From assembly GCA_965203865.1 (NCBI GenBank), contig OZ241916.1:861548-925547 (forward strand): a DNA stretch of 64,000 nt, read 5' to 3'. Below are positions 30,288 to 40,072 of the stretch, one piece after another. The notes below the pieces were generated by a model that was not told the origin of the DNA, did no database searches, and worked only from the letters and a program-made list of their open reading frames with translations. Both the position numbers and the translations under genes were made by a program. Source of the DNA: Arenicellales bacterium. Lineage in GTDB: Bacteria > Pseudomonadota > Gammaproteobacteria > Arenicellales > JAJDZL01. Positions within the stretch are counted from its first letter, which is position 1. Each line of letters opens with the position of its first letter.

Positions 30288-31598
30288 ATGCGGCACAATG
30301 CTGAATTATTGAAGAATCACTGGATGCCGTTCACGAGCAATCGGGACTTCAAATCCAGTCCTCGGCTCATTATGCGCGGTGAGGGTGTTTATTTATATAC
30401 TCCGGACGGTGACAAGATTATCGATGCCTCGTCGGGACTGTTTTGTTGTTCCGCCGGCCATAGTCGCAAAGAGATCGCCGATGCGGTGCATCAGCAACTT
30501 CGCGAGTTGGCCTACACCGCACCTTTTCAAATGGGACACTTGCACTCCTTCAGATTTGCACAAAAACTCTCGAAGATCACTCCTGCAGGACTTGACAAGA
30601 TATTTTTTGTCAACTCGGGGTCGGAATCGATTGACACTGCGATCAAGATAGCAGTGGCTTACCACTATGCACGAGGAGAAGGCCAGCGGCAAAGGCTAGT
30701 TTCGCGAGAACGCGCCTATCACGGTGTAAACATAGGTGGCACTTCCCTTAGCGGAATGATCAAGAATCGGCAGGCGTTCGGGGTTGGCATGCCGGCAGTT
30801 TCCCACATGCGTCACACATGGTTGCCAGAGAACCGGTTTGCACGCGGCCAACCCGAAAAAGGTGCAGAACTGGCAAACGACCTTGAGCGAATTGTACAGA
30901 ACTTCGGTGCAGATACGATTGCAGCCTGCTTTGTTGAGCCGATAGCAGGGTCAACTGGTTGCCTTGTCCCGCCTGTTGGATATCTGGAACGATTACGGGA
31001 AATTTGCGACGAGTACAACATACTTCTGGTGTTTGATGAAGTTATTTGCGGTTTTGGGCGAACCGGCAAGCCTTTTGCGTCCCAGAGCTTTGGCGTAACG
31101 CCAGATATGATGACGATGGCGAAGGCTTTGACCAATGCGGCGCAGCCCATGGGTGCCGTTGCGGTAAATCAGGATGTTCATGACACGATCGTGGAAGCAG
31201 CTCCTGAAAAATCAGTTGAACTGTTTCATGGCTATACTTATTCAGGTCATCCGGGTGCCTGCGCCGCGGGTTTATCGACGCTGGATATCTATGAGAAAGA
31301 AAACTTGTTCGACCGCGGTGCAAAATTGTCCGACTATTTCCTGGATAGAGTATTTGAGTTGCGAGCCTACGATAAAGTCACCGATATACGCGGCTATGGC
31401 ATGATTGCCGGACTGGATATTGTCCCGGATGGCTCCCCCGGCAAGGCCGGCCTGGAATTTCAGAAAAGACTTTTTGCCGCAGGGTTGCACGCCAAGGCAA
31501 CAGGAGATGCAATCATCCTTGCGCCGCCGTTGATTTCCGAACAGTCCCACATTGACGAAATCTGCGGAATTTTGGGGAAAGTCCTTGGTCAAATGTAG
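30288..31598 (+). CDS. Omega-amino acid:pyruvate aminotransferase (beta-alanine/taurine type, BauA/AptA-like)
   Basis: HWMPFTSNRDFK; DASSGLFC; SGSESIDTAIK; YHGVNIGG; EPIAGSTG; FDEVICGFGR; AKALTN; HGYTYSGHP. Confidence 0.88.
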   Translation: MRHNAELLKNHWMPFTSNRDFKSSPRLIMRGEGVYLYTPDGDKIIDASSGLFCCSAGHSRKEIADAVHQQLRELAYTAPFQMGHLHSFRFAQKLSKITPAGLDKIFFVNSGSESIDTAIKIAVAYHYARGEGQRQRLVSRERAYHGVNIGGTSLSGMIKNRQAFGVGMPAVSHMRHTWLPENRFARGQPEKGAELANDLERIVQNFGADTIAACFVEPIAGSTGCLVPPVGYLERLREICDEYNILLVFDEVICGFGRTGKPFASQSFGVTPDMMTMAKALTNAAQPMGAVAVNQDVHDTIVEAAPEKSVELFHGYTYSGHPGACAAGLSTLDIYEKENLFDRGAKLSDYFLDRVFELRAYDKVTDIRGYGMIAGLDIVPDGSPGKAGLEFQKRLFAAGLHAKATGDAIILAPPLISEQSHIDEICGILGKVLGQM

Positions 31599-31854
31599 GC
31601 ATGTCGATTTTGTTATTTGCCTAATACAGGCAGCTGTCTGATGAGCGAAGAAAATTTCAAAATTAATTGCTCATTGTGCGAGCAGAACCAGCAAGGCGGA
31701 TTTGTTAAAAGACAGGTTGAATTCGGTGGGTATTTCAATTCTGAGTAAAGGAATAAAATATTTGCCATGAAGTTGTGCTTGAAATTGTAAAATCGTATAT
31801 TATGGAATTTATATTCTTTATTCAATTACGTTCAATTAAGGAGGTTTCTCTGCT

Positions 31855-33003
31855 ATGAAACGAGATTGCGCTGGCGGCGTGAGTCGCCGGAAATTTCTGA
31901 AGACCAGTGGTGCAGCAGGAGCGACTGCTGCAATAGGCCCGTGGATTGTTAGTTCCAAAGTGTTGGCGCAATCATCGGGCGAAGTCAATGTCTTGATGTG
32001 GTCTGACTATCTACCGCCAGGCTACCTGGATTCTTTCACAGCTGAAACCGGTATTGCTGTGAACTACACGGGAATCGGTTCCAACGAGGAAATTATCAAC
32101 AAGATGAAGGCAACAAAAGGAAAGGGCGTCGATATTTGCTCCCCGACCAATGTTCGTTCTGGACAGTGGGTCGATCTGGAATTGCTGCAGCCTTGGGATT
32201 ACAGCAAAATTCCAAATCTCGCCAATGTCAATCCGGCGATGCTTAAAGTCGGTGACAACGAGTGGAATTTTGGTGGCAAGGGCTCACACTGGCTTCCCCA
32301 TATTTGGGGAACCGAAGGAATGGGTTGGCGTACAGACCTTTATTCGCCTCCCGGTGGGCAGCCAAGCTACGGCAATGTCTGGGACGGTTCCGGCAATGGC
32401 AACACCATGATACGGCCGCATTCGGGAATGCTGGGTGCAGGTCTTTATATGGAAACCATTGGCGAGCTGGAGCCAGGCGATGTATGGCGCGCTTATGACA
32501 ATGAGGAAACCATGCGTCCAATCTGGCAAAAGATTACTGACTATTGCATCAAGAACAAGAAGGAAGTCAAGTTGTTCTGGAACGATGCGGATAGTCAGAA
32601 GAACGGTTTCCTGAACGACGGTGTTCTTGTTGGGCAAACTTGGGACGGTCCGCCTTTGGCAATGAAGAACAGTGGCGAACCGGTTCACTATCAGGCTCCC
32701 AAAGAAGGTTCAATGGCGTGGGTGGACGGCATGTCGCTTTCTGTTAGTGCTGACAACATGGACCAGGCGTATGCCTTCGTCGAGTATGCTTTCAGGAAGG
32801 AACCCGGCGGCAAGGCAATTGATACGCACGGCTATAATTCTGCTGTTATTGGTGCTGATGCCTTTGCTGGTGCTCAATACAAAAAGAACTTTTCAGAAGC
32901 TTATCCGGATGACTCTTTGGCCAATCTGAATCCATGGCCTGCTGAGCCGGCATGGTATGCTGATGTCCGAACCGAGTATCGGAACAAGTTCGTAAACGCT
33001 TAA
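31855..33003 (+). CDS. Polyamine-type (PotD/PotF-like) ABC transporter substrate-binding protein, Tat-exported
   Basis: SRRKFLK Tat signal; WSDYLP; SNEEIINK; PKEGSMAWVDG. Confidence 0.85.
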   Translation: MKRDCAGGVSRRKFLKTSGAAGATAAIGPWIVSSKVLAQSSGEVNVLMWSDYLPPGYLDSFTAETGIAVNYTGIGSNEEIINKMKATKGKGVDICSPTNVRSGQWVDLELLQPWDYSKIPNLANVNPAMLKVGDNEWNFGGKGSHWLPHIWGTEGMGWRTDLYSPPGGQPSYGNVWDGSGNGNTMIRPHSGMLGAGLYMETIGELEPGDVWRAYDNEETMRPIWQKITDYCIKNKKEVKLFWNDADSQKNGFLNDGVLVGQTWDGPPLAMKNSGEPVHYQAPKEGSMAWVDGMSLSVSADNMDQAYAFVEYAFRKEPGGKAIDTHGYNSAVIGADAFAGAQYKKNFSEAYPDDSLANLNPWPAEPAWYADVRTEYRNKFVNA

Positions 33004-33026
33004 ATTGACAGTTTTGTCAATTGCAT

Positions 33027-33068
33027 GAAGGGTGCGCACATTGAATTTAATTTGATGTGCGCATCTTC
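33027..33068 (+). terminator. Stem-loop after the binding-protein gene (terminator or mRNA-stabilising hairpin)
   Basis: TGCGCACAT (33033-33041) pairs with ATGTGCGCA (33055-33063), extended by GAAG/CTTC. Confidence 0.45.
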
Positions 33069-33129
33069 TTTGAGTTACAATAAATTTTTCTTGTAGAAAA
33101 CTTTCAATAAATCAGAAAGGTGAGGTTTT

Positions 33130-34230
33130 ATGAGTGCAGATGTCCGACTGGAGAATGTTTGGATTAGATTTGGAGATTTTATCGCAGCAAAAGAGGTAAA
33201 TCTGCATATTCAGGAAGGGGAGTTTTTTACTATTTTAGGGCCTTCCGGCTGCGGCAAAACAACTTTGCTTCGAGCGGTTTCAGGATTTTTGGAGCCGTCC
33301 GAAGGAGATGTTTTGATCGGCGGCAACAATGTCGCCGGAATTGGGCCGAATCGCCGTCCTACGGCCCTGATATTTCAAAACCTCGCTTTGTTTCCATTGA
33401 TGACCATCTGGGAGAACATTACATTTTCTCTGGAGGTTAAGGGAGCTGGCAAATCAGAACGAAGGAAAAAAGCAGAAGAGCTCCTTGAATTAATTGCTCT
33501 GCCCGGACAAGGGGACAAAATGGTGAACGAATTGTCGGGCGGGCAAAAGCAGCGTGTTGCGATTGCCCGGGCCTTGTGTGCACAACCGGATGTATTGCTG
33601 CTTGATGAACCACTAAGTGCACTCGACCTGAAGTTGCGACAACATATGCGCACCGAACTGCGGTCAATTCAGCAGCAGGTAGGAATTACATTTATCTATA
33701 TTACTCACGACCAGGGTGAAGCGCTAACGATGTCTGACAACGTCGCTGTCATGCGCGAGGGGATTATTGAGCAAGTTTGCGACGGAACGACGTTGTACGA
33801 TCATCCGGACACGGCGTTTGTTGCTTCGTTTGTCGGAGAAAACAACCTGTTTCGAGGGAAGGTGACCGATGTAAGCAATGGTGTCGCGGCAGTTGAAACA
33901 CCGGAAGGCACTTTGACCGGCATGGTTGGTGCCAAAGAAGAATCTGTAGTTAAAAAAGGGGACAATGCGTTCCTGTTTGTGCGTCCTGAATCATTCCGCT
34001 ATGCGAATGGCGGCGATTCCGGCAACACAGTCACTGCAAAAGTCTTTTACCAGGAGTTTGAAGGTCACTTTTGGCAGGTGTTTTTAGATACTCTGTCTCA
34101 AAAACGGGTGAAAATGTCCTTTGTCAATGACGGCGAAGAGCCGGAGCATAAAAAGGGAGACGAGGTGACCATCTCGTTTAATGAAAAGGTAGCAACCGTA
34201 CTTCCGGAAGGACCACTAGCAGCAGAGTAA
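33130..34230 (+). CDS. ABC transporter ATP-binding protein, PotA-like
   Basis: Walker A GPSGCGKT; signature LSGGQ; Walker B LLLDEP; C-terminal TOBE-like region. Confidence 0.9.
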   Translation: MSADVRLENVWIRFGDFIAAKEVNLHIQEGEFFTILGPSGCGKTTLLRAVSGFLEPSEGDVLIGGNNVAGIGPNRRPTALIFQNLALFPLMTIWENITFSLEVKGAGKSERRKKAEELLELIALPGQGDKMVNELSGGQKQRVAIARALCAQPDVLLLDEPLSALDLKLRQHMRTELRSIQQQVGITFIYITHDQGEALTMSDNVAVMREGIIEQVCDGTTLYDHPDTAFVASFVGENNLFRGKVTDVSNGVAAVETPEGTLTGMVGAKEESVVKKGDNAFLFVRPESFRYANGGDSGNTVTAKVFYQEFEGHFWQVFLDTLSQKRVKMSFVNDGEEPEHKKGDEVTISFNEKVATVLPEGPLAAE

Positions 34231-34256
34231 TCTTCTATTATTCGGATTCCAGTGAA

Positions 34257-35186
34257 ATGAACGTCGCAGCATACTGGCAGGATTTTTTCCGGCGCAACGG
34301 TTTAGCTGTTGCACTGTTTCTGCTGATTAGTGTGGGGTTCTGGGTCTTTATGATGATCCTGCTACCCCAACTATTTATGCTTGATTTTTCAATTCGAGCC
34401 AATGTACCCCCGCCGAAATTCGGCAGCGAGGAGCATTACTATACGATTGAGCATTATCAATACATGATTTTCGGTAGCGCCCAGTCGACAGATTCCTACA
34501 ATATCATTGACCTTACAGTTTTCTTCAGAACCATAATTGCCGCCATTACGGTGACTATCATTGATCTGGCCCTATGCTATCCGATAGCCTACTATCTTGC
34601 TCACGTGGCGAGAGGCGGCTGGAGCCGGCTTATGGTGCTGTCTCTAATCGTGCCGTTCTGGGTGAACGAGATTCTAAGGGCATTTGCATTTAAAATAATT
34701 TTCGGTTCAACCGGGGTGATAAACAACTTTCTGGTTGCAGTTGGAATACTGTCGGAGCCTTACGACTTCATACGAAACGATGTCGCGTTGTGGGCAGGCT
34801 TGAGCTACGCCTTTATTCTGCTTATGATCTTTCCAATCTACAATGCAGTAGAAAGCCTGGACAAGAATCAGATTGAAGCTGCCCGGGACTTGGGTTCTCC
34901 GTGGTGGCGAATTCACTGGCGAATTGTAGTGCCGCATGCAAAGCCCGGGATTTCATCCGGTTGTACTATGGTGTTCATGCTGACAGCAGGAGCATTGGCG
35001 GCACCACAAATTCTCGGCGGCCCCAGTAGTTTGTGGTTTACTCAAATCATCTATCAAGGCTTCAATCAGGCCGGCAACTGGGCCCGAGGCTCAGCATACG
35101 CGATTATCCTGCTAATTGCCTGTATCGCGTTTGTTCTCATTATGATGAGGATTTTCAAAGTCAAGTTTGGAGAGTTAATGCGATGA
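34257..35186 (+). CDS. ABC transporter permease, PotB-like
   Basis: CYPIAYY; VPFW; EAA loop IEAARDLG; PHAKPGI. Confidence 0.88.
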   Translation: MNVAAYWQDFFRRNGLAVALFLLISVGFWVFMMILLPQLFMLDFSIRANVPPPKFGSEEHYYTIEHYQYMIFGSAQSTDSYNIIDLTVFFRTIIAAITVTIIDLALCYPIAYYLAHVARGGWSRLMVLSLIVPFWVNEILRAFAFKIIFGSTGVINNFLVAVGILSEPYDFIRNDVALWAGLSYAFILLMIFPIYNAVESLDKNQIEAARDLGSPWWRIHWRIVVPHAKPGISSGCTMVFMLTAGALAAPQILGGPSSLWFTQIIYQGFNQAGNWARGSAYAIILLIACIAFVLIMMRIFKVKFGELMR

Positions 35187-36526
35187 TGCAGGAACGAGTC
35201 CAGCGAATCGTGGTATTGGCATTCGTCTTGCTGTTCTTTCTCTACTTGTTCGGTCCGCTGATCGTGATGGGCGTAACAGCTTTCAATACATCATCTTTTC
35301 CGAGGGTGGCGCCTTGGGATTGCTTTTCTGTAGAGTGGTTTAACATTCTTGCCCAAGACACGCGGCTTATGGTTGGCTTGCGCAATAGTGTGCTTATTGG
35401 TCTGGGTGTTGTGCTGCTCGCTGTTCCCATCGGTCTTGCTGGAGCACTGATGCTTATGCAAATCAGTGCTCGCGTGCGACCTTGGTACTACACCATAGTG
35501 ATTTCACCAATTTTGGTTCCTGGAGTCGTACTCGGCATATCGACTTTGCTGTTTTGGGACCGAATCGGTGTGATGCTGGGATTCTCTGCAGAGTCACTTT
35601 TCTACAACGGTATCTTTCTAACCATTGTCGGGCAGGCGACGTTTATTTCGGCTTATGCAATGCTTATATTCATTGCTCGGTTGCAGCGGTTTGATCCGGT
35701 TCTGGAGGAAGCCGCTTTGGATCTTGGTGCAACGCATGTTCAAACTTTTCGCAAAGTGCTCCTGCCTTTTTTGAAGCCGGCAATCGGTTCCGCGGCTGTG
35801 CTGGCGTTTCTGGCTTCGTTTGAAAATTACAACACTACTATTTTTACAATTGTTTCAGAAAGCACGCTCACAACTGTGCTTGCAAGCAAAGTGCGATATG
35901 GAATCGATCCATCGATTAGTGCATTGGCGGTACTCATTGTATTTTTGACTCTTGTCGGTGCCATTGCATATGAAATCTCGCAACGCCGCGAAGGACGAAG
36001 GCAAAAGAGAGCCGCAGCAGTTGCGAGAGGGGAAATTACGGAGGGTGCAAGAGTAAAGAGCAAGGAACGTTCATTCTTCGCTGAACCGGCATTTATCATG
36101 TCAGCTCTGATCATTGTCGGCGGACTTGGAATTGTGTATTTTTCAGGAACAATCGGTGTTGACGAATGCAAAGCTGCAGTAAAAGAAACCAAGCGTGTCG
36201 AGGTGCAGCGACGAGTAGAAAAAATGCAGCAGAAGCAAATGTTTCAATCTGCAGTCGAGCAGCAGTCAACGGAATCAAAAGCCAGGGGAACAGAAGGTTA
36301 CGAAGGTGTATTTTCTCCACAAAATCTTCAAGAGCAAACGGCTTCTCCTGATACTGAAACAACCGCAAAAGGAACAGAAGGATATCAATCCATTTTTGCT
36401 CCTAGTAATTTAGAAGATCAGTCCGGGGCAGAGGAGAGTTCGAGTGCAAAAGGCACTGAAGGATACCAGTCTATCTTCGCACCGAATAACCTTACGGAGC
36501 AGGCAGGGACAGAACAAGGGAATTGA
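35183..36526 (+). CDS. ABC transporter permease, PotC-like, with an extra TM helix and a repeat-bearing C-terminal extension
   Basis: EAA loop LEEAALDLGA; FLASFENY. Start set at the ATG at 35183, which overlaps the upstream stop (ATGA) and is in frame with the track ORF. Confidence 0.85.
   Translation: MMQERVQRIVVLAFVLLFFLYLFGPLIVMGVTAFNTSSFPRVAPWDCFSVEWFNILAQDTRLMVGLRNSVLIGLGVVLLAVPIGLAGALMLMQISARVRPWYYTIVISPILVPGVVLGISTLLFWDRIGVMLGFSAESLFYNGIFLTIVGQATFISAYAMLIFIARLQRFDPVLEEAALDLGATHVQTFRKVLLPFLKPAIGSAAVLAFLASFENYNTTIFTIVSESTLTTVLASKVRYGIDPSISALAVLIVFLTLVGAIAYEISQRREGRRQKRAAAVARGEITEGARVKSKERSFFAEPAFIMSALIIVGGLGIVYFSGTIGVDECKAAVKETKRVEVQRRVEKMQQKQMFQSAVEQQSTESKARGTEGYEGVFSPQNLQEQTASPDTETTAKGTEGYQSIFAPSNLEDQSGAEESSSAKGTEGYQSIFAPNNLTEQAGTEQGN
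36281..36502 (+). repeat. Three in-frame imperfect repeats of a 19-aa unit
   Basis: ARGTEGYEGVFSPQNLQEQ / AKGTEGYQSIFAPSNLEDQ / AKGTEGYQSIFAPNNLTEQ, spaced 28 and 27 codons apart. Confidence 0.9.
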
Positions 36527-36541
36527 CGCGTTCCCTTTGTA

Positions 36542-37612
36542 TTGAAACGGTCATTTAAGTTGAAAACCACCTGCATCGGGGCGTATCCAAAACCGGATTA
36601 TCTGCACTTGCCCGACTGGTTCAATTCTCCAGAAGGACCGGACTCTTCTGACCCGACCAGCAGTTGGGAAGCGGCTCTTGCATCCATGGGCGAATCTGCC
36701 GAATCAATTATTGAAAATGCCACTCGCGATGTTGTTAACGATCAACTTGAAGCGGGGATTGATATTCTTACAGATGGCGAAGTCCGCCGGGAAAACTACA
36801 TTCACTACCATTGTCGCCATATCAAGGGAATAGACTTTTCAGTACTGACATTGCGGGAACTTCGCGGCGGTGCATATTCAGCAAAACTACCCACGATTAC
36901 TGGCAAGGTTAGTGCACGGGACACGGGATTTTTAGTGAGTGACTGGAAGCTGGCTCAGTCATTTTCGGACAAGCCGGTGAAGATTACCCTGCCGGGTCCG
37001 ATGACAATTACCGATACAACAGCTAACGACTACTATGCTACAGAGCAAGAGTTGGGAGCAGACTTGGCAGATGCACTGAATCAAGAGGTGCTGGCACTGG
37101 CGGATGCCGGTTGCTCAATAATTCAGGTTGATGAACCGATATTCGCACGTAAACCGGACAAGGCACTGGAGTATGGAGTAGAAAATCTGGAAAGAGTTTT
37201 TCACGGCATACCGGAACCTGTAACTTCGACCATGCACATGTGTTGCGGATATCCCGACAAGCTGGATAATTTGGATTATCCGAAAGCAGACCGAAACGCA
37301 TATTTTCAAATTGCAGGTGCAGTGAACCAGTCTAGCATCCATACGGTTTCGATTGAAGATGCTCACCGACATAACGATTTGAGCTTGCTGGAGATATTTG
37401 CGGATACCAACGTGATTCTGGGAGTTGTGGCAATTGCCTTGAGTCGCATAGAGACGATTGAAGAAATTCATAGTAGAATTGAATCTGCACTGGAGCATAT
37501 AGATCGAGATCGATTGATTGCGGCTCCTGATTGCGGGTTGGGACTATTGGGTCGAGAATTGGCCGTAAAGAAATTGAAGAACATGTGCCAGGCAGCGCAT
37601 TTGTTTCACTAG
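36542..37612 (+). CDS. Cobalamin-independent methionine synthase catalytic-domain (MetE-core) family protein
   Basis: TDGEVRRENY; ITLPGPMT; IQVDEP; Zn ligands HMC and PDCGLG; lacks the N-terminal half of full-length MetE. Confidence 0.8.
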   Translation: MKRSFKLKTTCIGAYPKPDYLHLPDWFNSPEGPDSSDPTSSWEAALASMGESAESIIENATRDVVNDQLEAGIDILTDGEVRRENYIHYHCRHIKGIDFSVLTLRELRGGAYSAKLPTITGKVSARDTGFLVSDWKLAQSFSDKPVKITLPGPMTITDTTANDYYATEQELGADLADALNQEVLALADAGCSIIQVDEPIFARKPDKALEYGVENLERVFHGIPEPVTSTMHMCCGYPDKLDNLDYPKADRNAYFQIAGAVNQSSIHTVSIEDAHRHNDLSLLEIFADTNVILGVVAIALSRIETIEEIHSRIESALEHIDRDRLIAAPDCGLGLLGRELAVKKLKNMCQAAHLFH

Positions 37613-37647
37613 AACATTTATTAGACAAATTAATCAGTTGAGTATGA

Positions 37648-39171
37648 ATGATGGACGTACAAGTTAAAGAAACACTTTATCACTATGTTAATGGTCAGCG
37701 TGTCGAAGGCACCAGTGGCCGATTCGGAGACATCTACAATCCGGCAATCGGAGCAGTTGTAAAGCAAACACCGCTTGCAAGCGAGGAAGAAGTCGGTGCC
37801 GCGATAGATGCGGCGGCGGACGCATTGCCGGGATGGTCAGCTGTTCCGCCGGCGAGTCGAACGCAAGTTCTGTTTAATTTCCGTGAAATTTTGAAGAAAA
37901 ATATTGAGGAGCTAGCAGCTGCACTGTCTGCCGAGCATGGAAAAACAATTGAAGATGCGAAGGGTTCCATAGGTCGCGGACTGGAAGTAGTCGAATTTGC
38001 TTGCGGGATCCCCCAGCTTCTGAAAGGTGAGATGTCCGAACGTGTTGCCAAAGGTGTGGAAAGTTATTCTATTCGTCAGCCGGTGGGCGTGTGCGCAGGA
38101 ATAACCCCTTTTAACTTTCCGGCAATGGTTCCGATGTGGATGTTTCCAATGGCGATTGCGTGTGGAAATACGTTTGTCTTAAAACCGTCTGAAAAGGATC
38201 CCAGTTGTCCTTTGATGCTCGCAGAATTCATGAAAGAGGCGGGATTGCCTGACGGCGTACTGAATGTCGTGAACGGAGACAAGGTTGCAGTGGATACCAT
38301 TCTCAGTCATCCCAAAGTTGCCGCAGTCAGTTTTGTTGGTTCAACAGCGGTCGGTGAGTACATCTACAAGACCGGTTGCAGTTACGGCAAGCGGGTTCAG
38401 GCACTGTGCGGAGCAAAGAATCACATGGTCGTTATGCCAGATGCTGATATGGATCAAGTGGTCGATGCGGCTATTGGTGCTGGATACGGTTCTGCCGGTG
38501 AGCGTTGCATGGCTGTTTCGGTAGTTGTGGCAGTTGGCGATGAGGCAGCAGATGAACTGGTTCAACGATTGAAGCCGCGTGTAAAAGAACTCGCAGTTGG
38601 GCCGTATACAGATTCAAGCGCTGAAATGGGTCCATTGGTCACTCCCGAGCATTGCGACAAGGTTCGATCCTATGTCGATATTGGGGTTGAAGAAGGAGCG
38701 GATCTGGTTGTTGACGGACGAGATTTATCGGTTCAAGGCTATGAGCACGGAGCATTTCTGGGTGGATGCTTGTTTGACAATGTCAAACCCGATATGAAAA
38801 TCTACAAGGAGGAAATATTTGGGCCGGTCCTCAGTGTAGTTCGAGCGGGAAGCTATGAAGAAGCAGTTCAACTTGTTAGTGACCACGAGTATGGGAACGG
38901 TGCGGCGATATTTACGCGCGATGGCGGCCGGGCACAGGATTTCATTTCCAATGTGAAAATTGGAATGGTCGGTGTCAATGTTCCGATTCCGGTACCTGTG
39001 GCGTACCACAGTTTTGGCGGCTGGAAACGCTCGCTTTTCGGAGACCATTACATGCACGGACCGGAAGGTGTGAGATTCTATACGAGAATGAAAACTATCA
39101 CAGCTCGGTGGCCGGAGGCAATTCAAGCGGGTGCGCAATTTAATTTCAAGCGCGGCAGCGACGATAATTAA
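37648..39171 (+). CDS. mmsA: CoA-acylating (methyl)malonate-semialdehyde dehydrogenase
   Basis: ITPFNFPAMVPMW; KPSEKDP; FVGST; GAKNH; AGERCMA; EEIFGPV; GVNVPIPVP. Confidence 0.9.
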   Translation: MMDVQVKETLYHYVNGQRVEGTSGRFGDIYNPAIGAVVKQTPLASEEEVGAAIDAAADALPGWSAVPPASRTQVLFNFREILKKNIEELAAALSAEHGKTIEDAKGSIGRGLEVVEFACGIPQLLKGEMSERVAKGVESYSIRQPVGVCAGITPFNFPAMVPMWMFPMAIACGNTFVLKPSEKDPSCPLMLAEFMKEAGLPDGVLNVVNGDKVAVDTILSHPKVAAVSFVGSTAVGEYIYKTGCSYGKRVQALCGAKNHMVVMPDADMDQVVDAAIGAGYGSAGERCMAVSVVVAVGDEAADELVQRLKPRVKELAVGPYTDSSAEMGPLVTPEHCDKVRSYVDIGVEEGADLVVDGRDLSVQGYEHGAFLGGCLFDNVKPDMKIYKEEIFGPVLSVVRAGSYEEAVQLVSDHEYGNGAAIFTRDGGRAQDFISNVKIGMVGVNVPIPVPVAYHSFGGWKRSLFGDHYMHGPEGVRFYTRMKTITARWPEAIQAGAQFNFKRGSDDN

Positions 39172-40040
39172 TCAGTCGAATCCAGTCTTAAATTATCGAT
39201 TAGTCTTGTGCTGCCCACATGAGCAGCAATCAAGGCTACAGCACTTTCCATTTTTTTAGCAGGAGAGTCAGGCATCCAGTTGCCAGGATTTCGAAGATCT
39301 GCGTAGTCTATCCGAATTTCAGGGGCCTGCAATTGCTGGACCATGGTGCTTCGGAGTGTCTCTGGGTTGCGCTCGCCGGACTGCCAGGCATTTTTTGCGG
39401 CCATCAACGAGCGGTAAATACTACTGGCAACTACTCTTTCGCGAATGCCAAGTAAAGCATTTCGGGATGAAAGTGCCAGTCCATCACTGTCTCGAATGGT
39501 TGGGCAGGCGACAATTTTCGGATAACCAATCTGGCGGGCCAAGTCGCGGATTACCAGCAGTTGCTGGTAATCTTTCATTCCGAAGTATGCCCTGCAGTCG
39601 CCGACGAATTGAAACAGTTGATGGACGATTGTGCAAACCCCTTCAAGATGTCCAGGACGGAATTCTCCTTCCAGTCCTCTTCCGTAGATTCCAGGATCGC
39701 GTAGTGGAATTTTCCCGAAATCGTCTTCTCCGTTGAAGTAGTCGGCAATGGTTCCCAGGAAGACCATATTGCAGCCAGTTTGCCGTAATTTTTCAAAATC
39801 CGAATTATGGTTTCTGGGATATCTATCAAAATCCTTGGGGTCATTGAACTGAAGAGGATTCACAAAAATGCTCGCACAAGTAACATCATTTTCATTTATG
39901 GATTGGTGAAGAAGCGATAGATGCCCTTTGTGCAACGCACCCATTGTGGGTACGAAGCCAATTGAGTTTTTCTTGCTTCGATGGTGGTCGCACCATTCGG
40001 AAGCAGCCGTGGGATTAGCAAGGATTTCTAGCGTGGGCAT
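39168..40040 (-). CDS. panC: Pantoate--beta-alanine ligase
   Basis: GFVPTMGALHKGH; IFVNPLQF; RPGHLEGV; FGMKDYQQ; GLALSSRN; RLIDN. Confidence 0.93.
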   Translation of the reverse strand: MPTLEILANPTAASEWCDHHRSKKNSIGFVPTMGALHKGHLSLLHQSINENDVTCASIFVNPLQFNDPKDFDRYPRNHNSDFEKLRQTGCNMVFLGTIADYFNGEDDFGKIPLRDPGIYGRGLEGEFRPGHLEGVCTIVHQLFQFVGDCRAYFGMKDYQQLLVIRDLARQIGYPKIVACPTIRDSDGLALSSRNALLGIRERVVASSIYRSLMAAKNAWQSGERNPETLRSTMVQQLQAPEIRIDYADLRNPGNWMPDSPAKKMESAVALIAAHVGSTRLIDNLRLDSTD

Positions 40041-40072
40041 GTTCCGCCAGAAGAGTTTTATGTCAAGTCAAA

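Noticed and set aside
35033-35182. Track N-terminal extension of the second permease
   Set aside because: Overlaps the upstream permease by about 150 bp; an ATGA-coupled start at 35183 fits better.
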